A program made the translations under genes and the position numbers. Positions 55,731-64,000 of a stretch of 64,000 nucleotides of DNA are shown in pieces. The stretch lies in assembly GCF_009914755.1 (NCBI RefSeq), contig NC_060926.1, one strand, 5' to 3'. The DNA is from the human T2T-CHM13v2.0 reference genome, Homo sapiens. Under the pieces are notes generated by a model. That model saw nothing but the letters and a program-made list of their open reading frames with translations, was not told where the DNA came from and ran no database searches. Positions within the stretch are counted from its first letter, which is position 1. The number at the start of each line of letters is the position of its first letter.

Positions 55731-56935
55731 CGATGGTGAAATCTCTCAAAGCATATATAAAACATTTGTCCTTCAGAACATAACACTGTTTTGGAAAATG
55801 TGGGAAATATATAATATGAACAGAATAAATAAAGGTATTCATGGTAAGGCAACACTTCAGAAAATAGTCTTGTGGTGCCTCTATGTAATTTATGTAAGGC
55901 AAGCCTCTCAGTACATAGTCTATATTATCTTTCTTCTGATTAAAACCAGAATTAACCTTTCAACATATTATAATAGGGTTTTGTTTTAGTCAAAATTGTA
56001 ATTTCTTTTTATGCTTTTCTCAAGTGTTCTATTTTTCCCTCATCAAAGCATCCGCTTTTATTTTACTTTAGACATAAGTCCCAATGTTTCATAGACATGA
56101 GCTAAGAACAGTCTTATTGAGAAGAGAGAAACATTGAGAATAATAGGAGTTGTTACACACACAGTAACAAATGAAATACATCTTTTGTAAATAACTCCCA
56201 CCAGAAATCTTATATTTCCAGGCATCTATGCATATACCTTCATATAACAACTTTTGCGTTCGTAAAACATTCATGGAAGGCAGCTCTGCAGTTTTATAGA
56301 AAAACAACGTGCCAGGGATGCAAGAATCTTGCCAGTTCTGTGAAAAATGACACCAATTAAAGCTTAAATTGCTTGTTTTCTCATAAGGTACATATTTTCA
56401 TAACTTTGAAATCAAATAATTGCTGCTTTTATATTAAATACAATAAAACAAAAAGGATGCTAGTTTAGAGGAACTGCTACAAGCATTTTAATATAATTTT
56501 CCCACCATTTAAAGTCACAAAATATGGAAAACAAGTCAAGTATGCAAAGTTCCAAGGAGATAGAGAAACTCCTTCAGATTATTACATCATTTGTCTTTTG
56601 TGTCAGGAAATGTGTATATGATTTCATTGTTTGATTAAATGCCAAAAAAAGGCACATTGCTCTTATCTAACTGATTACAGATTTTATTCATATGAAAAAG
56701 TATTTGTTAATGCTTTACCATTAGAAGATGTTTTTATTTTTTTTTCTTTCTTAAGTTCTAAACATGCATTTCCAAAAAAAATAATCTTCTAACTTCCCAG
56801 GCTTTATTTCTTTATTTTGCGTTAACAGTACATGATACTCAAATTTCCCGTAGTGAAATCCAGTCCCTAATGATTTCATATCTGCAAACTGAACAAACAG
56901 TTCCTTTCTGACTGGGTAGAGTGAGTGTGTCTGCA

Positions 56936-56939
<4 letters not shown>

Positions 56940-56975
<36 letters not shown>
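56940..56975. repeat. (TG)18 microsatellite
   Basis: Read directly from the sequence. Confidence 0.95.
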
Positions 56976-56976
<1 letters not shown>

Positions 56977-59900
56977 AAGCTCTGAAATATGTCAATTTTA
57001 AAAAACATTAGAGAAAATAGTTTTAACATATTGAGGTACCTAAAAATAAAAGGTTTTTGATATGTGTGTCTGGGGCATTACTCTGGGGCATAGTCAGAGA
57101 GACAAATACGATTTAAAATCTAAATCAAGTGTTGTAATATGTTTTAATACTTTTATATAGTAATTTTTAAATATACATATGTAAAGCTGCCATTGAGCAG
57201 ATGAATTATAATTTTCTTAGGCAACATAAAATACTGATTACTAAACTTGTGATATTTAGTAAAAATATGTAAAAGTGTAAAACTGTTGTCACATTGATGG
57301 CTTTTATTTGAATCTGCGGGTGCCTGAGTGACAGCTATGGTTTTGGAGAGAGAGATACCATGTGCTTTTCATGGTATAAACTAGCTGTCTGCATTAATAA
57401 TAAGCTTGTGCTGAAGCCAATTTGAGGCTACATCGAGGGATTTCAAGGTCATTTGCCAATGGCCTGGCCTCCATTAACTTCTTCAGTAAAAGTCCCAATG
57501 ATCCTTATTTTGGCCTTGAGTGTGGGTTATCAAAATCATCCCTCTTAATATTTCCACATAAATAGCTTGTTTCCTTAAATAGTCATTATGTTCAGTGGGG
57601 ACAGTTTCTGAAAGCTTCTCAGTTCAATAGAAAAATGCATTTGGAAAAATCTGTTATATTAAAGTATATCTGTATTTGGAGAAAGAAGACTTTAAGAATG
57701 CTTTGTGTATTTAATTAGAAGACATTAAGGACAGCTAAATGTTCCCCTTGTCATGGAGAGCATGAAGTGATATAAAACAGTGAGATTTCCAAAATACTGG
57801 GACTGTCAGTTTGCTAAAAGACAGGAAAGTGGGGCAAGTAATTATGTAACATTTACATACATATGTTTTTTTTAAAAAAGTATTTCGATTGCTTAACATG
57901 TTAAGTACTGAATTTTGATATTAACCCCTTGAGCTTCTTCCTTTACCATGCTCTTTTGGGAGTCTCTGCACCCCTCCAAAAAAGTTGTCATTTACATTAG
58001 AATGTGTAGACAATGAAGCACTTTAACAAAGAGGTCTTGGAAGAGATTAGTAAGAAAGACTAAAGAGAAATCGAGTTCTTATTTATTGTGTTATTTAAAC
58101 CTGAGTTACATTACACCATCTTCCATTTAAGAGGCAGCCTGCTAATGCAAGCAAGGGTGTCTCCTGCAACGAGACAAAGATTAATGCCATGTGTACTGAT
58201 GATGCTCTACCACAATTCAGAATTCTGTGGCGCCATGACGCCCCTGTTTTATATGGTGGTTTGCCAAGAGAAAATTACTTAAACCAATTGTGAATGCATT
58301 CCTTTTTTACTTTTTATACAACCACATTTATGTAAGTAAATAGTAGAATGAATATTTTTGAAATGATCCATCATTTTGAATTCACCTAGTTTGTATAAAA
58401 TGCAATGTACAGTTTTTTTTTTCTCTTGAAAGAAAGACTTTCACATGGGAATGTTCAATTATTCCCCCTATGAAAAAGATTTCTCATAGACAACCAACCA
58501 CAACTGGAATAGATTCTTTTAAACATATTGTAATGTGAGAATTTTCTTCAGCTGGAGGGTGTTTTATTCTTTAAATTGAAAGCCGTTGTTCCTCAGAACT
58601 AGTATGACATGGTAATGCATGATGTGCTAGTCACTCTTTATATGCAGAAATTGATATGCTTAGAATACATATTAAATATTGAAATGTTATGTGATATTTG
58701 AAACTCCTTCAGTGTTTCAGGTTTGTGGACTCTGTAACTGGAGTTACCTGTTGCACATAAATGTGGGGATTGCAAAGTGTGTACAGCACTGCACATTGAG
58801 AACCATATCTGTTTCTTCTAGATTCAGCCTAACCTGTTGGTTAAAGATGATGAATTTAACAACTAATAATTTTGGGGCAGTAATATATATATCATAAAAT
58901 CATCACTTCTCACATTCAACAATTAGCCCAATTTATTCATGAACAGCACCAAAAGACAGTGAATGTTGAAAGTAAAGCTTATTTCATTTCTCCTTGGAGA
59001 GTAGTTTCTTCCAAAACAGACCTGAGATCATTTATAGGAGGTTTTGGTGAAACAATTTTCTGGATTCGTTCATTATATTTTTCCAAAGGGGGATTTAGTT
59101 TTATCATCCAATGGAAATGTGTATACATGTGCAAACATGCACGCACATTCCTAAAGTAAGCACGTTGCTGGTTGTGATTTCTGGTGAAAGTGTTAAATTA
59201 ATATGTCAACATTTGAAGGAGGATTTAATTTCTGGTGCTTTTTATCTCTGACCCAAGCAACACTTTGTTTCACTTTTTTCTGTTTCTTTTGAATGATTTG
59301 CTTTTTACCCTTACTGCTCTGTTTTCTTATCTGTAGAATAAATACTAGTATCTAATTTATAGGGTTGTTTGTAGAATCAAATAAGACTTTTGTATAAAGG
59401 ACCTAGTGCAGTGCTTAACATAGTAAGTCCTCCATGAAGTTGTTTTCACTCATTTTATTCTTCTTCATCACTCACCCCTTGTTCTAGATATATAAATGAT
59501 GAATGATGACTTCATATTGGGTCTGAGCCATATGGATTATGCTGTTCCTCTCATGGGTCATGGCCAAACTACCTGATATTCGAGGTCCTTTGTACTTACC
59601 ATTTTGCCCTAGAGAGAAACTAACAACTAATTCATTAACCCATTAAACAGATATTTAAAGGGTGCTATGTGTACTCATGATTCTAGGTCCTGGAGACAGT
59701 GGTGTGCATAGAGACATAGCTCAGGATTTTTGCCCTTCCATTTCTTAGTTTTCAATTAGTTTTTTGTTGATTTTCCAAAACTTCAAGCATATTTCAAATA
59801 AGAAATGAGTAAGAAAAAGGTTACATTTCACTACCCTGTGGTTTTCAGTTTCTAAAGACTTCATTCCAAAATTAGAAACAAAGATTAAAAAGACATTTAG

Positions 59901-60033
59901 TTACTGATACACAGTGACCCCAAATGAAGCTACCTATTCTGTTCACGGGACATAATTTTAAAGTTTTCAAGAGTATAATTATTTAGGAAGAAACCTGAAT
60001 ACTTCCTGAGCACTAGGTTATCATATGGTCTAC

Positions 60034-60128
60034 CCGGTGTCAGAGGCATCCAAATGTATGGCGAGTTACTGTGATTCTCCGACAGCCTCTGCATCCTGAA
60101 AGACTCAACGCTGAATCAGCGAATAGTA
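60034..60128 (-). other. Candidate minus-strand exon
   Basis: Strong acceptor ctctctttctcatttcctttgcag; weaker donor options; local CpG retention. Confidence 0.3.
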
Positions 60129-60174
60129 CTGCAAAGGAAATGAGAAAGAGAGCAGTACTAAATATTTGTTTCGT

Positions 60175-60400
60175 GGCCCTTCTGTATCTGCCCTCCATCT
60201 TTTAAAATTCCGCTCTGTGCCTTGGGAAGTGACAAGTGTGAATGGTGTCAACAAACTCCTTGGCTTCACAGCTTCTGATTGAATTTACCAGCAGAGTATA
60301 TCAAAGACCAGAGAGTGAGACTAAGGTATTTATTCCTGTATCCACTGCGTGATTCCAGATGGCTGAGCATTGATTGTGTTCTTCTACTGCACACATCTCT
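60175..60400 (-). mobile_element. LTR33/ERVL-like LTR fragment
   Basis: gctctgtgccttgggaagtgac..gagtgagactaaggtatttattcc. Confidence 0.45.
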
Positions 60401-62526
60401 GGTGTCTACAAATATGCCTGGGACATAGTAGGCTCTCAATAATTATATGTATCCACTTGTCAATCACTCCCTACTTCTTCCTTCTCTTTATCCACACAAA
60501 TGTATGCCCTCATTCATACCTTCTTCACCACGCATATACATCTTTCAGATGATTGATAACCCCTTTTTAATATCTATTTTTTTACAGGCTGCATGGGGTG
60601 CTTTTTAATTGGATGACATATAGAAACAATTGTTGGCATGGGGCTTTGGGCACACTGTCTGATTGCCCTATTACCTAGGCCCTTCAGGTTCCCTTGAAAT
60701 ATTCCTTGACTAAGGCAATGCATCAATAAATTATGTCACTAACATGAAGTGCTTCATTCCCAAGGAGGGAACTGGGCATTGGGGAGAAATGGTCTCAATC
60801 ACTGATTTATTCAGCCTATTTTTATTTCTTTAAATAAAAAGTGGTACATCAATAGAAAGTTTAGGGCTAATGATAGAACACTTAATATTAAGTGAAAGAA
60901 AAACCAAGGAGATGTGGATGAGATTTGAAATGCTTTGAAGTCCGGATGAGGCGGGATTTGGTCTTTTGCCTTCTACCTAGAATACATAATTAAGATGACT
61001 TTGGCTCCAGCGGGACACATGGGGACTGTGGATGGATTGAGCATTTTAAGGATTTAGAACATGTCTACAGTTGTCTCTGCCTTAATTACATCAGGGGAAA
61101 GCTTTTATTTTAACTTTGGCCAAGGAAACCCTAGTCTTGAAACTGTTTTCATTTGACGAAATGTTTATTCTCACAGGAAAGAGGCAGGGCTGTGCACAGT
61201 TGACGAGCCAACACTGATGTGGTTATAAATGAGGGGAGGGAGAGATCCAAGGAATGGGCATGGAAAAGTTGCCAAAATTATCATGACATTGGGTTCATAG
61301 ATCTAACCCATGACCTTCTTGCAAATCTTGGGAAATTTGTGTTTACAAAATGCATGGCACCATCATGAAACTTCTAAAGACATTCTTCAAACAGTCATGT
61401 ATTCCAAACTGCTAAATTGTATATCACCATGAATAAAATGTTAATATTTCAAAGACTTTAAAAGCAAACATTCTCATATATGCAAATTTCAGTTATAGAG
61501 AAACCCTTTTTCTAAATCAACTGTGCATACCTTTTCTTTGCACAAATATAGCCAAACTGCCAGGCAGCTGAAAGATAAAGACAAACACTGAGAACAAAGC
61601 ACAACACTAGAGTTAAGAGAGATTTGATTCATGTTCTAAGGGTCCATGCTACTTCTGACTGCCATGAGATGTTTACTGCTCATTGATTATGAGCTCACTT
61701 GAAAGTCTCTCATACCCAGTAAACTGTGTTGCATTTAGGAGGTCTGGTAAGGAATGGCTGAGACCATCCCGTCAGAACGACTGATCTGGAAGTTCTGACA
61801 TAATCCTGCCTAGCCCCAGAGATTATTACTTGATCAATAAAAACTTCATTTTGCAATGCTAGAATGATGAAGATAAATAATACATGCACAATTAATAACT
61901 GTGGCAGGGGTCTGGAATTCAGCAGCCTTGAAGACTAGTCTCAGTCCCTCCACTGTTTTACTGTGAAATCAAGGGGATTGAGCTCTTCTTCCTTCTCTGA
62001 CTCAATTCCATTTACCTACTGTGTACAAGCCACTCTACTAGAAGATGGGAGATCCCAAGATGAATAAGAAATTTTACATGCAATAAAGATTCTAGCCTGG
62101 TCACAGTAAGATAAATTAATACCTACAGCATGGAAGACATTAGGATTAAAAAGTCATGAATGTAAAGAGTCACAAAGTAGAGCTGTGTGAAAACAAACAA
62201 TTCATATATACAAATCTGTGTTGAGCTCATGGATGATAGTATAAATTAGAATATATATTATTTTACTTTTGATTTGTATTTGTTGATTGCTCACATACGC
62301 TTGACACTTTAGTGAAGGCTCAGTTTTCATCATTATACCAATTTAATTCTAACTAGGACTCAACTTGGATTTTGATGACATGCAAACTACACCAATTCTG
62401 CATAAAAAAAATGGTTCAGGGACGAAATTGTGAAATTGTATAGCAAACAGCATTCTTATGCAACCTTGTCAATTGCTACCATGGCATGGCAGTCAGAGAT
62501 TTACATTGATGTATTAAGAATGTCTA

Positions 62527-62823
<297 letters not shown>

Positions 62824-63109
62824 CTAGCAGTGAAAACCAAATATGCTGGATGCTCAGAAAACCTTTTCAGCATTGTTGGATTCTCCTATGAACCTACATC
62901 CACCAGTGTAATCTCTGGTTAAAATGAAAGCAAGAAAAGGTGTTAAATTAAGTCAAAAGAATACTGATGAACAGGGAAGGGGAAATTAATTAAATTAAGA
63001 CATTATTTTCTTCTCAAATTCCATTTTGGATTGAGCCTCATGGGGGGGTACGTCCATTCATTTAATAATGCTCTGATGCCTACTCAGCAGCAAAACATAC
63101 AAAGGAAGA

Positions 63110-63529
63110 GTGGATTAATCTGATCAGGCTGCCATAGCAAAATACCACAGACCAGTGGCTTAAACAATAGAAATTTGTTTTCTCACAGTTCTGGAGGGTA
63201 GAAGTCCAAGATCGTGATGCTGTCAGAATTTGGTTCTGGTAAGCCTTCTCTTCCTGACTCTTCCTGACTTGTGGAAGGCCACCTTCTGGCTGTAATTTCA
63301 CATGGACTTTCCTCAGTGAGTATGGAGGGATAGAGATGAGAAAGAGAGGGAAGAGTCACTCTGGTGACTCTTCCTCTTCTTATAAGGACACCAATGCTAT
63401 CCGATGATTTGGGCCCCATGCTATATGATTTCATTTCACCTTAATTACCTCCCCAAAGGCTGTGTCTCCACATTGGGGGTTAGGTCTTCCGCATAAGAAT
63501 TTCAGGGAGATGCGTTTCAGTCTCTGACA
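63110..63529 (-). mobile_element. MLT1A/MSTD-like LTR
   Basis: ggctgccatagcaaaataccacagac..ttctcacagttctggagg..cttcttataaggacacc. Confidence 0.85.
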
Positions 63530-63540
63530 AAAAAGAATCC

Positions 63541-63945
63541 TGTTTTAGTTAACACTAGGGCTAAGTAACTAGGGCTTAGGCCTGTCATAACAAAACACTG
63601 CAGAGTGAGTGACTTAAACAACAAAATTATTTTCTCACAGTACCAGAGGCTGGAAGTCCAAAATCAAGCTGTCCGAAGGATTGCTTCTTCTGAGGCCTGT
63701 CTCCTTGACCTGTAAATAGCTGTTTTCTTTCAGTGTTTTCACATGGTGCCTCTTTATGTTGTCTATATTCTCATTTTCTATTCTTGTAAGAACACTAGTC
63801 ATATTAGATTAGGGCCCACCTTAATAATCCCATTGTAATGTAACTATTTCTATAAAGGTCTTATCTCCAAATGGTCACATTTTCAGGTACGGGGTGTTAA
63901 GGCTTCAATATATGATTTTGGGGCTATAGAACTCAGTCTGTAGCA
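63541..63945 (-). mobile_element. MLT1A-like LTR
   Basis: ttctcacagtaccagaggctggaagtcca..gattagggcccacc..ttatctccaaat. Confidence 0.85.
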
Positions 63946-64000
63946 AACACTATAGGACACATCTGTTGAAAGAATATTTCAAATTGGAATTTGAGAAGGA

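Overview
Primate (human-like), AT-rich, non-coding genomic DNA, either a large intron or intergenic. It is dominated by decayed mobile elements: L1PA/L1MA/L1MB/L1ME, L2, L3/CR1, MIR, Alu J/S/Y, MaLR LTRs and hAT MER elements. No credible protein-coding gene, RNA gene or CRISPR array is visible; the ORF track is explained by repeats or chance. The outstanding structure is an inverted duplication with two 1,128-bp arms (51396-52523 and 53448-54575; about 97% identical by hand alignment, 29 substitutions plus 2 single-base indels) around a 924-bp spacer. Its junctions clip a MER58 end and an L2 end, which suggests a template-switch origin with the spacer flipped, and a possibly still invertible, dsRNA-forming cassette. 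Other notable items are a repeat-free promoter/exon-like cluster at about 16.9-18.4 kb, an old palindromic TGCA-rich element at 15.5 kb, a closely spaced inverted Alu pair, a minus-strand exon candidate at 60.1 kb and several small hairpins. I could not identify the host gene. Repeat subfamily names are from memory of consensus sequences, not from a database search.
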